Shown here: piece after piece, positions 31,601 to 40,338 of the stretch
How positions within the stretch are numbered: the stretch's first letter is position 1
Layout: every line of letters starts with the position of its first letter
From: Halorutilales archaeon Cl-col2-1
Lineage (GTDB): Archaea > Halobacteriota > Halobacteria > Halobacteriales > Afararchaeaceae
NCBI GenBank assembly: GCA_041891055.1
Contig: CP169074.1
Coordinates: 1,280,001 to 1,344,000 of the forward strand
Length of the DNA: 64,000 bases
Direction: 5' to 3'
Notes under the pieces: model-generated
The model's input: only the letters and a program-made list of their open reading frames with translations
Database searches by the model: none
What the model was told of the DNA's origin: nothing
Translations under genes and position numbers: made by a program

Positions 31601-33374
31601 CCTCAACATATGGCTCGTGACAGCTCCGACAGAACTTTATTTCAGGTAGCTCTGCCTCAGACTCACAGTGAGGGCATCGAGAGTCTCTGGTAAGGGATCC
31701 ACACTCCTGGCACCAGTACACCTTATGAGGGGGCTTTAGAAAGACGTGGTATTTCTCGGTTACTATGCCCGCAAGACGACCAAACGCCATAACGGTACTC
31801 ATCACCTCTTCGGGATTATCAACCCCCTGTTCAGCGATGCTGTCTATCAGTTCATCATAAGATTTGAAGCCGACAACGCCGGTCGTTTCCGTATCGAACC
31901 ACCTCGTGAGTTCAGCTACCTCAGGGACTGATTCGAGAATGAAGTCGTACCAACGACTCGTAAATCCGCTGGTCTCTATAACTGTCTCAACAATCTGTCT
32001 CCTACCTTCAGGAGAGTCTATAACGGATGTGACATCGTCATAGTCTCCACTACCGCGAGACATCCTGTTGACTTCGTCTACGATGGGTTTAGTAGCCCAT
32101 TCAGGGGTTTCAGAGGTAGTCGTAGCTCCCTCTTTATCAAGTAGTCCGACCTCATCGAGTGTGTGAACAGCTCCGGAGAGTCCGAGATTATTAATGAACT
32201 CCTCTCGGCGATCCAGATCAAGTGCCGCTACGGATAGGGAGAGAATGAGGTCAGACAGATCACAGGGCTCGAACCTGTTGAAGTCAGGTGTGCCTCTTAC
32301 CGAAAACCCTCTAGGCGTGAAGTCAATCGAATTAACCTCCGACTCTTCGCTTTTGTTACCGGTCAATGATGCGGCTAACGTCTTCGGATTGTCGACAGTA
32401 GCAGAGACCATAGTCACCTGTGGATCATTTTTTGAGTAATACGACTTTAGCCGTTGAGTTAAGAGAGAAATCGCCGCACCTTGGATACCGCTCCAGACAT
32501 GCGCTTCGTCGAACACTATATGCTTCAGGGGCTGTTCTCCGGGAGAATGACCGAGTATGTCGAGCGTCTCTTCGTTGTCCGAGACGAACATGTAGTCGAG
32601 TGCTTCCGGATTGGTGAGCAGTATGTCAACCCCTTGTCGGATAGCATCTTTTGTGACCCGTATCCACGAGTACTGGTTGTCATCTGTACCGACACTCGTA
32701 CTGCTCAGGACACGGAGTTTTTCGTCTTCATCCCTTGGATCAACTAGTCCACGGATATACGCCCCTTCCTCCACTTCATAGTCACGCGTTCCGACGCGTT
32801 GCGGTGTGTCAGAGTCCCATATTCCTATGGTTATCCTCTCCTCTGGGGCGCGGTTCCGGTTGATATGGTCTAAGTAAGTGATGAAACGGTTCAGCTGATC
32901 GACTCCGAGAGTCTTCATAGGATAGACCACAAGGGATTTCAACCCCTCTTCGTCGGTTGAGAGGCAGTGGTTCAGCATCGGAAGGAAGAATGCCTCAGTC
33001 TTACCTGCTGCCGTAGGAACAGCGAGAATGCTGTCCTTGTTCGTTTTCTCAATAGCTTCTATGGTCTCAGCCTGATGCTGATAGAGGGAACCAGAAGGGT
33101 CTCCTCCGAAGAGTTCCTGAACTATAGCATCGGTAATATCCGAGTGATAACCCAACTCCTCTTGAAGGAAAGGAGCGGCTGGGTTATCATGGAACTTCGG
33201 AGCGTCGACGAACTCTACGAAAGGTCCTTTTTGCTCGATTAATTCATTAGCGACGAAGGACTGAGCGTTTGAGACTCCGTCTACTTCGTTAAGCTTCGTC
33301 ATCGAGCGGTTCCACCACGTAATTTCGGATGCCCGATCGAGAGCAGAGTTGAGAGTGTCTTGGGGAGTCTGCAT
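28623..33374 (-). CDS. Giant SF2 DEAH helicase with Zn ribbons and DUF1998-like C-terminus (DruE/DpdJ/DrmAB class)
   Basis: PTAAGKT, DEAH, SAT, TPTMELGVDIG, QRSGRTGR, DSRQGGNG..C..C...C..CL. Start set at the ATG of MQTPQD. Confidence 0.9.
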   Translation of the reverse strand: MQTPQDTLNSALDRASEITWWNRSMTKLNEVDGVSNAQSFVANELIEQKGPFVEFVDAPKFHDNPAAPFLQEELGYHSDITDAIVQELFGGDPSGSLYQHQAETIEAIEKTNKDSILAVPTAAGKTEAFFLPMLNHCLSTDEEGLKSLVVYPMKTLGVDQLNRFITYLDHINRNRAPEERITIGIWDSDTPQRVGTRDYEVEEGAYIRGLVDPRDEDEKLRVLSSTSVGTDDNQYSWIRVTKDAIRQGVDILLTNPEALDYMFVSDNEETLDILGHSPGEQPLKHIVFDEAHVWSGIQGAAISLLTQRLKSYYSKNDPQVTMVSATVDNPKTLAASLTGNKSEESEVNSIDFTPRGFSVRGTPDFNRFEPCDLSDLILSLSVAALDLDRREEFINNLGLSGAVHTLDEVGLLDKEGATTTSETPEWATKPIVDEVNRMSRGSGDYDDVTSVIDSPEGRRQIVETVIETSGFTSRWYDFILESVPEVAELTRWFDTETTGVVGFKSYDELIDSIAEQGVDNPEEVMSTVMAFGRLAGIVTEKYHVFLKPPHKVYWCQECGSLTRDSRCPHCESEAELPEIKFCRSCHEPYVEVKTEDNDGSQFTPARSNRHGSESDCPGCSNSPRLSDVGVPTSSLLSYMLTEVCRETPSKKTLVFSDSHSAAESVGDKIIDTEYSLMAQTLYLQEIIENGGQAENYEVYTNVATKLQEEYWDPLVQNEIDEESEAYNFLRPMLETVRGHAGLSNCENLLDSALVTANVVAERSDPLELVVAHEVYKLFALQKASFTKEGVGFNGLTRSKLVDRIDKRVNVSEEMVERVIDDVISDLHEVGIVSIMPFDDVKQRVSSQNLDEVKRESLRDYLESARETVESMGILDEPADSGIFTRDIRNDDSDLVLLPDVGFCKECYSSYPATSSGGCINECQECGSPLKTYRRFTRDENGNLQADPGYAEVESGWDYAVDHWAHDVTQPIQGGGSPEFISVGIHKGNIPHTVRGAIEEGFKKEDPDVNIVSSTPTMELGVDIGSLDTVAQVGIPPTLTNYVQRSGRTGRTRGSSSLVMTVIRGQHPVDGHYYANLDSYLGSFEPVRIPDPYDFDELLAGHVTTEVFAYLARNPHPEDVFQRMYTIPEPERENLAKFVSAVQEHISILNGFIRDEMEGVLREHIQDVFGERGVEVFEQIFFEDENLSLSTRTDQTFGSLSTMSSSATANRELTKNTSRLDQWLSKLGYLANYRNFGQTFPVKFSGRDDEISFERGGRLYDMYPGQENEFGAVLKLHGTDYVVNDVRGTPEPITSVAVCDNEECDRRFQTYHTDEDICPHCGSELESTDVHGVANVECKEARGGRAEWRTHAEMSTYIAENEGGTTEETTLFDLDCQVGYGQHELTDFVYAFERGHSSSPDMDLYRSEALIEEDEESSTSETDMSWRDKLEETEKERYRPVGQQYHTQGTIISFDKEQVEERYDRADHEPKSWSQALTSIEQAMKRAVAVVAECDRSDFRVKTKTTEDTVKVFLVDSRQGGNGIAWQVRESLEDIEEKVREIADCERCVDYCDECLLISRTPAHYLENDLLDHRTLAAITGIEE

Positions 33375-33454
33375 CTTGTCAGTACCCAAACAAAACAGGA
33401 TGCTTAGTTATTAAATTGAGGGTCGTTCATTCAATAGTTCTTTATTTGATCCAA

Positions 33455-34114
33455 TTATGTATGGACTTCATCAGGAGGAATTATATTTAGGTGATGTTCT
33501 GAAGAGTAATGTTTTTCGATAGCGTCGTTAATATCTGATTCTCTATCTATCATATCACGGTAATCAAGAGTGACAACCATATTTCCCCCACAGTGATCGC
33601 ACCAAACTGCTCCTTGTGCCAAGACGATGCTATCTTGATAATTATCGATCCGTGAATCTATATCCTCCGCTAATTCGTCCTTATGATCACCCGTATATAT
33701 TTTCGTTCTTTTCTTTACTGTTCGCTTCCTTGACCTGACTGAGCGGATGAATTTACGTAGCTCGTAAAATTTATTTTCATCATCAATCGATGCGAATTCC
33801 ATCTGCAGGTCTCGAAGGTGGTCTCGGTCATTATCCGTTACTTTTACAGATGGATTTCTGCTTTCGAAATCTATTACTTCGTACCTGAATATTGGATGGG
33901 TTTCTGAGTCACTCTCCTGTTCAACGAACTTCCGAAGATCAATATAGATTTGTCCCCTTGTAGAACATCTCATTTCAAATTCATCCTCAACTTCTGTGGA
34001 GATGAATTTGTCATCTCTTCCCTCAATAACGGAGATGCTACCTTCATCTCCTTCAAGCCAGACTTGTACGTAATTCAAAAGGACACTTGTATCGAGGAAC
34101 AGTTGTGAAGGCAC
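33455..34114 (-). CDS. PIN-domain protein (putative toxin/RNase)
   Basis: LFLDTSVLLN, ISTEVEDE, QDSIVLA and VTLD acidic motifs. Confidence 0.7.
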   Translation of the reverse strand: MPSQLFLDTSVLLNYVQVWLEGDEGSISVIEGRDDKFISTEVEDEFEMRCSTRGQIYIDLRKFVEQESDSETHPIFRYEVIDFESRNPSVKVTDNDRDHLRDLQMEFASIDDENKFYELRKFIRSVRSRKRTVKKRTKIYTGDHKDELAEDIDSRIDNYQDSIVLAQGAVWCDHCGGNMVVTLDYRDMIDRESDINDAIEKHYSSEHHLNIIPPDEVHT

Positions 34115-34119
34115 TTATG

Positions 34120-35148
34120 TCACCCTGAATTGATTTTGTCATAAGTCTCTGTCAATTCACTAACCGTCTCTTTAACAGAGGTTTCCGAGGATTCTGGGTA
34201 ATAGTCATCAGGTTCAGGGATAAGCCCTGCATCAGCGCACAGCCCCTCTAAATTGTACAGAAAATCGTCATAATTCTTGTCAAGGAACTGTAGTTCATCG
34301 CTCGCTCCTTCCCGAATTTCATTCTTATTTATTCCATGTGGAGTTTCTCGGGAAATTGTTTCTGCGACATATTTCCACGCGTAATCGTGATAGAAATCGC
34401 TCAACTCCCGTATGATTGTCCGAGGATCACAGTCTAGTTCATCTTGGTTGCTTTGACCGAGCTTCATGTAGATGTCTTCAACAAGGTCAGTATATGTAAT
34501 AAATTGCTCTGCAACCTCATTGAAGACCTCTAGCTTCAACAGTTCTCCATGGAGATCGCTGATGATGCGTCCAAGTTCTCGACAGTAGTCTTCGTCGACA
34601 AAAACAACATTAAGGCTTTCCGCATCGTCCCACAGAAAGCGTTGGAATTTGACATTATGAAGGTACAGTTGCTTGAATTGGGAGGGGGCATTCTCCATAT
34701 AAAAATCACGGAGAAAATCATGCAAATCGGACTCAAGAATCTCTTCCAAGCCCTCAAATTCGCCCAGTTCAAGACCCAAATAGAACTCTTGATATTCTTG
34801 GGGAGAAGGATATCTATCTGTAACTCTAGGTCTCACACTTGGAGTGAATGGATGGGGGATTTCGTTCAAAGCTGTTGGTTGTATACCCTCCGGTGAGGGA
34901 ACACTATTCCCTAAATCAGGTCCGTAGGTATGCCAGCTATATTGTACTGGAATACGAGACCAGTCCACCCCAAGGAATATCGTCTTATGAAGTTTAATTT
35001 CCCCGTGGGTTGCTTGTTTAAATGGTCTTGATCCGGTATCCAACTCGGATAACGCTCCTTCCAGACCATGGATGAGATCATCCAGGAGCTGCTTTTCCTG
35101 CGCGCGAGATATGTTTTCCATGTTTTTTACCCCATGCCGTGAACTCAT
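34120..35148 (-). CDS. Putative SocA/Panacea-like antitoxin-domain protein
   Basis: IKLHKTIFL...YSWHTYGP motif, immediately upstream of the PIN gene. Confidence 0.55.
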   Translation of the reverse strand: MSSRHGVKNMENISRAQEKQLLDDLIHGLEGALSELDTGSRPFKQATHGEIKLHKTIFLGVDWSRIPVQYSWHTYGPDLGNSVPSPEGIQPTALNEIPHPFTPSVRPRVTDRYPSPQEYQEFYLGLELGEFEGLEEILESDLHDFLRDFYMENAPSQFKQLYLHNVKFQRFLWDDAESLNVVFVDEDYCRELGRIISDLHGELLKLEVFNEVAEQFITYTDLVEDIYMKLGQSNQDELDCDPRTIIRELSDFYHDYAWKYVAETISRETPHGINKNEIREGASDELQFLDKNYDDFLYNLEGLCADAGLIPEPDDYYPESSETSVKETVSELTETYDKINSG

Positions 35149-35318
35149 ACGGCTATTAGATATCCAACCACATAATATTCATGGATGGATGACGGTAATC
35201 TCTCTGATGGTGATAGTAGTGATACTGACGGCACAAATACTGCATGAATGACCCGTAATCAGATGGAAATACCACCAAAGGATTGAAGCCCCAGTCAATT
35301 GAATAACATCTTATTCCA

Positions 35319-38300
35319 ATGAAATACTTCGACAGAAACTCCGATGAATCCCGAATGGACTCTCAAGTCCGCCCTCTTCTCCAAGGACTTCTACAGAACA
35401 AACAGATATTCACCGAGGACGATACTGACGACGCGCCAGAGGTTACTGGAGCACTGAAGTACACTCAGGAGGAGCAAAAACGCCGAGACGTAGATGACTA
35501 CGACGGTGACAATCCGTTTGTCGAGTCTATAATAGATATATTCGGTTTCCAGCCTCTCGACTTCCAAGTAAACAGCTGGAGGGTAATGGAAGAACTCGAC
35601 GCAAGACGGCAACAGAGGGACAGGTCACAACGGGTTATATTCTCGGCTCCCACCGGCTTTGGGAAGACAGAGAGCTTCTTAGGACCGCTTTATCAGCTAC
35701 TCCGTCGCGGTGATCAGGAAATGTCTATTCTGGTGTACCCTAGCCGTGCGCTTCTTCAGGATCAGTTGGCGCGTATTCTAGAGCATATCCATACAATAAG
35801 AGAGGATAGTGGTGACCATCTCTCAGTAGGCATCTGGACGGGACAGACTCCGTATAAAATCTCTGACGTTGAAAATGATTTCTTTGAGCGAGAGGGATCC
35901 GAACAGGAGTTCAAGCTGGCTAACTGTTGGTGCGGCGAAGAAGACGAAACTAATTCATTCGTATATCGGGGCGGAAGCGACGGCTACAGTGTAGTCTGCG
36001 AAAACAATGAGGACCACTCGTTTAGTAACCGTGAGCTCGTCCTCAACCGTACAGATATGCGCAAGGGGGGACATCCCAACATTCTGCTAACTACCTTAGA
36101 GTCCTTGGAGCTATTCGGTCTCAAGCCGAACTACGATATCATAAGCCACGCTGACTCAATAGTCTTTGATGAAATCCACCTGTATACCGGATTAAGGGGC
36201 GCACACACCGCTAACATAGTCAACAACATCGAATCCGTTACCGATGACTCCATACTCTGGGTAGGCTCAAGTGCAACTATTGACAACGAAGAGAGATTCG
36301 CAAACAAGATATTCCCTTCGGGCGGAGAGCTAGAGTCAGTTTCGCCCCCTGACTCCGACTTTGCCACAGATCACGACGACAAGGAACACTACTACTTCAT
36401 GAAGTCGACTGAGTCCGGTCCAGGTGTATCCTCTATGTATATACAGCAGATAATGTTGCTCGGACACTCCCTACTTGAGAAACAGAACGGCGACCGTGGT
36501 AAGATACTTTCATTTATTGATAGTATAAGCCAGGTTAACCAGAAGAGAACCCAGCTTGAGGACGCTGACAGCAACCGGAGTCTATGGCAACACCACGTGG
36601 GGTCAGGTGACACCAGCGACTGGGAAGTGGTCGCTCAAGATATGGGGTATAACTTCCTCCGAAACGACCTTGATTTTGGATCCGTATACTCGGACGTTGG
36701 GTTCGACGCTTCGGTAAAGGACAACGACGTTCTACTATCTACGAACTTTCTTGAGGTCGGCATCGATGTAGGCGACATAACGATAGTAACCCAGTACCGT
36801 ACCCCGTGGAACCTTTCTTCGTTTGTTCAGCGAGCGGGTCGCGCTGCACGCGAAGAAGGAACTGACTCACACATCTTTGTCTTTCTCTCTGACCTAACAG
36901 AAGACTCCAATATGTTCTACCGAGCCGACCGTTTCCTGTCTTCCGAAATACGAACCCCGTTAAAAACCGATAACGAGGTTGTCAAATGGATACACGACCG
37001 GTTTGAGATCTATTACGAAATCGCCACCCAGATATCCGACCGTAGATACTACTCTACTAAGGAGGAAACGGAGGACTTCCACGAAAGGTTCCTTGTTGAC
37101 GAGCTGGGCTGGGAGGACTACCACACCTTAATTACAGATCCGGGGCAGGTTCTCGCAAGAGAGTTAGATATCTATGACTCGTTCGACAGCTTGGTAGGGC
37201 AGAGACCGGTTGAAGAAGTATTGGCTAGACTAGAAGAAGAACAAGATGAGATAGATAATCAGCTGTCCATTGAAGGAGTCGAAGGAGATACCGTTTCCTC
37301 TCTTTCAAATTCTATTCACGAAAATATCCTTAGATTCGTCCAAGAGCGCTCAGACGTTGTAGAGGAATGCGGAGAATCCGAGGTTCCGGAAAACCTACTT
37401 GATGACCTATCGTCTAAGCTTGATTCTATCCGGAAAACTCTCACAGATCAGCCTGGGAATACGACAGGCTCAGTCTCCGAAACTGGATATCAGGAAGTAC
37501 TCCCTGACTTATTTGACGTAACTAGTGACATACTCAGGTTACGGAATAACATACAAAACGACTCAGTTAACGTAGGTCAGTTTGAATTTAGTGCTCAGGA
37601 TATAAGCGACCAAGTATCTGAGCTAAAGAGGCTGACAGATGATGAGGAGGTGAAGAAGTTAGAAAAGAAACGGAAAAAGACCCAGTACCTCATGAAGGCT
37701 CTGGAGGAGATACACGACTACAACGAAATTCAGACAAATCATCTAAGCCTCCACTACGTGAAGCATCTCCTGCGAGGTGGCTATTACTTCAACAGGTTCC
37801 TACGGGTGGATGGAGGTTCGTTAGGCGACGGTGATATATGGTATATACCCGAGAACTACTTCAACGACGCTGGCAAGTACTTCACTGTAAAGTACGGTGA
37901 TAATGAGGGTAGCGATTCAGAGGAACCTATCGACAAGCTCGTACATTCGTACACTCCCTTCAGGAGCGAATATCAGCAAGACGCTGGTCATCTGCAGGCG
38001 TTTGTTCCCATGACCGTGGTGGAAGAAGACGGCACGGTACGGTTCGACTTCAGCGATATCGATGAAGGGGAGACACATGACGACCTTTTCGTCCCTGATT
38101 CTATCACCCTCTCCGACATAGATGACCTGAGCGGGAGTAAAGCCCTGAACATAGTTCGGTACTGTCCACAGTGTCTACAGATTCTTGACGAAGGTAGCTG
38201 TCTTCGTCACAACGATTCCAGGCTGGGTAAGATACACTCCAGTCCGAATGTAGAGACAACACTAACCGAACGTGTAGAGGAGTCAAAACAGGGCAATATG

Positions 38301-39356
38301 TCACTCGCAGATGTCTCCGGAAAGGTACGTCTCACAGGTACGTCGCTAGAGATTACACCCGCAACATACAGTTCCCAGAGTTCCCAGAATGGGAAGTATA
38401 TCTTCACAGGTGGCGATAGAATCAGTCGGGAGATTACGGCTCCTGAACAGACACTAGGTTTCACCATCGATACACGGGGACTGATATTTGACATTAGTGA
38501 TTATCTGGATGTCGTTGGTGATGATGTTACGACAGAACACGCGTCTCGGTACAACGACTTCGACGAGGTTTCGGCTCGGTACGTGGCAACCCACACAGCG
38601 GCACACTTCTATACGCAGTTCGTCGCAGATCTGGCGGGAATAAGCCCTAATATGTTGTTCTACGGTTTCGATATGGATAACGAGGAAGTATACGTGTTTG
38701 AACGCTCCCAGGGTGGACAGGGTATCGTTGACTTGGTCTTCAATGATGTCCGCCAAGATCCTGCAACTGCGCTTGAGTCAATTACCCGCATCAGCTACAA
38801 TCTCCAAGTTATCAACGAACGTCTCTGGGCAGACGAAGAGTTCGTTGAGAATTTAGAAGAATCCCGAAACAAGGATCAACTAGAGGAGTTGGTTAGAAGT
38901 TTTGATGAGGTTCCTGTATATAATCACATTGTCGACCTGATTGTGGAAGAGGTGCAGTCCTCAGTAGACAGAGCTACTCAGCTGGCACAAGAGGAGTCAA
39001 TATCAAGGGAAACAGCCTACGAGGTGAAACACACCGTATCAAAAGAGCGTGTAGCTGGTGTTGAGACCTTTCCCGAAGAGAAAGTGTCCAACGTAGTCCC
39101 AAATATCGGAGACCACGAAAGAATCAAAACCCTATTCTTCTCACCAGATATTGACGGCTGTGTAGAGAACCTTCATCTATCCGAATGTATATCCTCCTAC
39201 GATCAGTCTGATGCACTCAGCTACGTATTCCTTGAAGAACTCCGAGAGGAACTGATTGAATACATCCCAAGCAATAAAAGCGCAGACCACATCTTCAACA
39301 AAGAGATGTTCCCAGGAGGTGAGTACGATGGTACAAACATTTTCGTTACCCTCTAG
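35319..39356 (+). CDS. DpdJ-like SF2 helicase with DUF1998-like C-terminus
   Basis: APTGFGKT, DEIH, SSAT, LEVGIDVG, QRAGRAAR, HTAAH, ERSQGGQG, DGC; directly followed by a PLD gene. Confidence 0.88.
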   Translation: MKYFDRNSDESRMDSQVRPLLQGLLQNKQIFTEDDTDDAPEVTGALKYTQEEQKRRDVDDYDGDNPFVESIIDIFGFQPLDFQVNSWRVMEELDARRQQRDRSQRVIFSAPTGFGKTESFLGPLYQLLRRGDQEMSILVYPSRALLQDQLARILEHIHTIREDSGDHLSVGIWTGQTPYKISDVENDFFEREGSEQEFKLANCWCGEEDETNSFVYRGGSDGYSVVCENNEDHSFSNRELVLNRTDMRKGGHPNILLTTLESLELFGLKPNYDIISHADSIVFDEIHLYTGLRGAHTANIVNNIESVTDDSILWVGSSATIDNEERFANKIFPSGGELESVSPPDSDFATDHDDKEHYYFMKSTESGPGVSSMYIQQIMLLGHSLLEKQNGDRGKILSFIDSISQVNQKRTQLEDADSNRSLWQHHVGSGDTSDWEVVAQDMGYNFLRNDLDFGSVYSDVGFDASVKDNDVLLSTNFLEVGIDVGDITIVTQYRTPWNLSSFVQRAGRAAREEGTDSHIFVFLSDLTEDSNMFYRADRFLSSEIRTPLKTDNEVVKWIHDRFEIYYEIATQISDRRYYSTKEETEDFHERFLVDELGWEDYHTLITDPGQVLARELDIYDSFDSLVGQRPVEEVLARLEEEQDEIDNQLSIEGVEGDTVSSLSNSIHENILRFVQERSDVVEECGESEVPENLLDDLSSKLDSIRKTLTDQPGNTTGSVSETGYQEVLPDLFDVTSDILRLRNNIQNDSVNVGQFEFSAQDISDQVSELKRLTDDEEVKKLEKKRKKTQYLMKALEEIHDYNEIQTNHLSLHYVKHLLRGGYYFNRFLRVDGGSLGDGDIWYIPENYFNDAGKYFTVKYGDNEGSDSEEPIDKLVHSYTPFRSEYQQDAGHLQAFVPMTVVEEDGTVRFDFSDIDEGETHDDLFVPDSITLSDIDDLSGSKALNIVRYCPQCLQILDEGSCLRHNDSRLGKIHSSPNVETTLTERVEESKQGNMSLADVSGKVRLTGTSLEITPATYSSQSSQNGKYIFTGGDRISREITAPEQTLGFTIDTRGLIFDISDYLDVVGDDVTTEHASRYNDFDEVSARYVATHTAAHFYTQFVADLAGISPNMLFYGFDMDNEEVYVFERSQGGQGIVDLVFNDVRQDPATALESITRISYNLQVINERLWADEEFVENLEESRNKDQLEELVRSFDEVPVYNHIVDLIVEEVQSSVDRATQLAQEESISRETAYEVKHTVSKERVAGVETFPEEKVSNVVPNIGDHERIKTLFFSPDIDGCVENLHLSECISSYDQSDALSYVFLEELREELIEYIPSNKSADHIFNKEMFPGGEYDGTNIFVTL

Positions 39357-39774
39357 CGGATTACGTTACTTGCTCGGTTACTCATTAGCACAAAAGGATC
39401 ATGTTGCTATATGCACGCCGTGGCTGAGCGACGTAGAGCTACGGCTACCGCTAAGTCCCGAAGTAGAAGATCGTCGTATTTCGCTGTCTGCTGCTCTCGA
39501 AAAGTTTGACACAAGAGTGGATGTGTATATCAGAGAAGGTCAGTCACACAATGAGTATATTCTTTCAAAAATAGGAGAGAATGCTAATATAACTAAAGAT
39601 GAGAATCTACACGCCAAGGCTATCGTAACCAACGAGTACGTGTATCTCGGCTCCGCAAATATAACAAGAGGTGGATTGTTGACGAATCTCGAGCTGTGTC
39701 AGGTGATAGAAAACGAGTATGAGAGCGTAGAGAAGTACCTGGAGGCTGAGTTAGAACTCTCAGTTTCTCCATAA
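39328..39774 (+). CDS. Single-domain phospholipase D-family nuclease (DpdK/DrmC-like)
   Basis: TPWLSD and HAK..GSANIT motifs; GGAGGTGA ribosome-binding site precedes the ATG at 39328. Confidence 0.85.
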   Translation: MVQTFSLPSSGLRYLLGYSLAQKDHVAICTPWLSDVELRLPLSPEVEDRRISLSAALEKFDTRVDVYIREGQSHNEYILSKIGENANITKDENLHAKAIVTNEYVYLGSANITRGGLLTNLELCQVIENEYESVEKYLEAELELSVSP

Positions 39775-39783
39775 TCAGGACTA

Positions 39784-40338
39784 TCAGTTGGATTCCTGAT
39801 TTAATCTCGGGTTGTCAACTTCAAGAAAGTCCGAAAGATTCTCCAGCAGAATTTCTTGGTGTTCGTAGACAGTCTTTCGCGTTTTCTTACTGTGACCAGA
39901 CAGTTTGACCTTGTCCACCATTCTTATCAGATGTTCCAGCTTCTGCTTCGATCTGTTGTACGGCTCAGATCGGAACTCAAGCTCTTCTTCGGTAATTAAC
40001 TCGACGACACCATCCGGCTCGTTTAGATTGATGCTCGTTGACGGAAGAGATGAGGACTGCCCCTCTTCGAAGTTCAGGTATGGTTCGTACTCAGTGAGTA
40101 GTAGCTGCTCTGCCTTATCAGTGCCATCAGTTTCCCACCATTCGACTCTATGAATATCCCATATATCCAACCTACCATAGCTAACTACACTTGAGTCTTG
40201 ACGAATAAAATGCTCTCTCAGACGCCTTCTTAGGCTACTATCTGTCTTACCTGCATATGCCGGCTCATCGTCTAAGTCATACATGCAGTACACTCCACAT
40301 TCACCCCTTGGAACGGTCTTAAGCTCCTCGGAAATCAT
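39784..40338 (-). CDS. GIY-YIG nuclease
   Basis: GVYCMY..AYAGKT..LRRRLREH..E motif. Confidence 0.85.
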   Translation of the reverse strand: MISEELKTVPRGECGVYCMYDLDDEPAYAGKTDSSLRRRLREHFIRQDSSVVSYGRLDIWDIHRVEWWETDGTDKAEQLLLTEYEPYLNFEEGQSSSLPSTSINLNEPDGVVELITEEELEFRSEPYNRSKQKLEHLIRMVDKVKLSGHSKKTRKTVYEHQEILLENLSDFLEVDNPRLNQESN

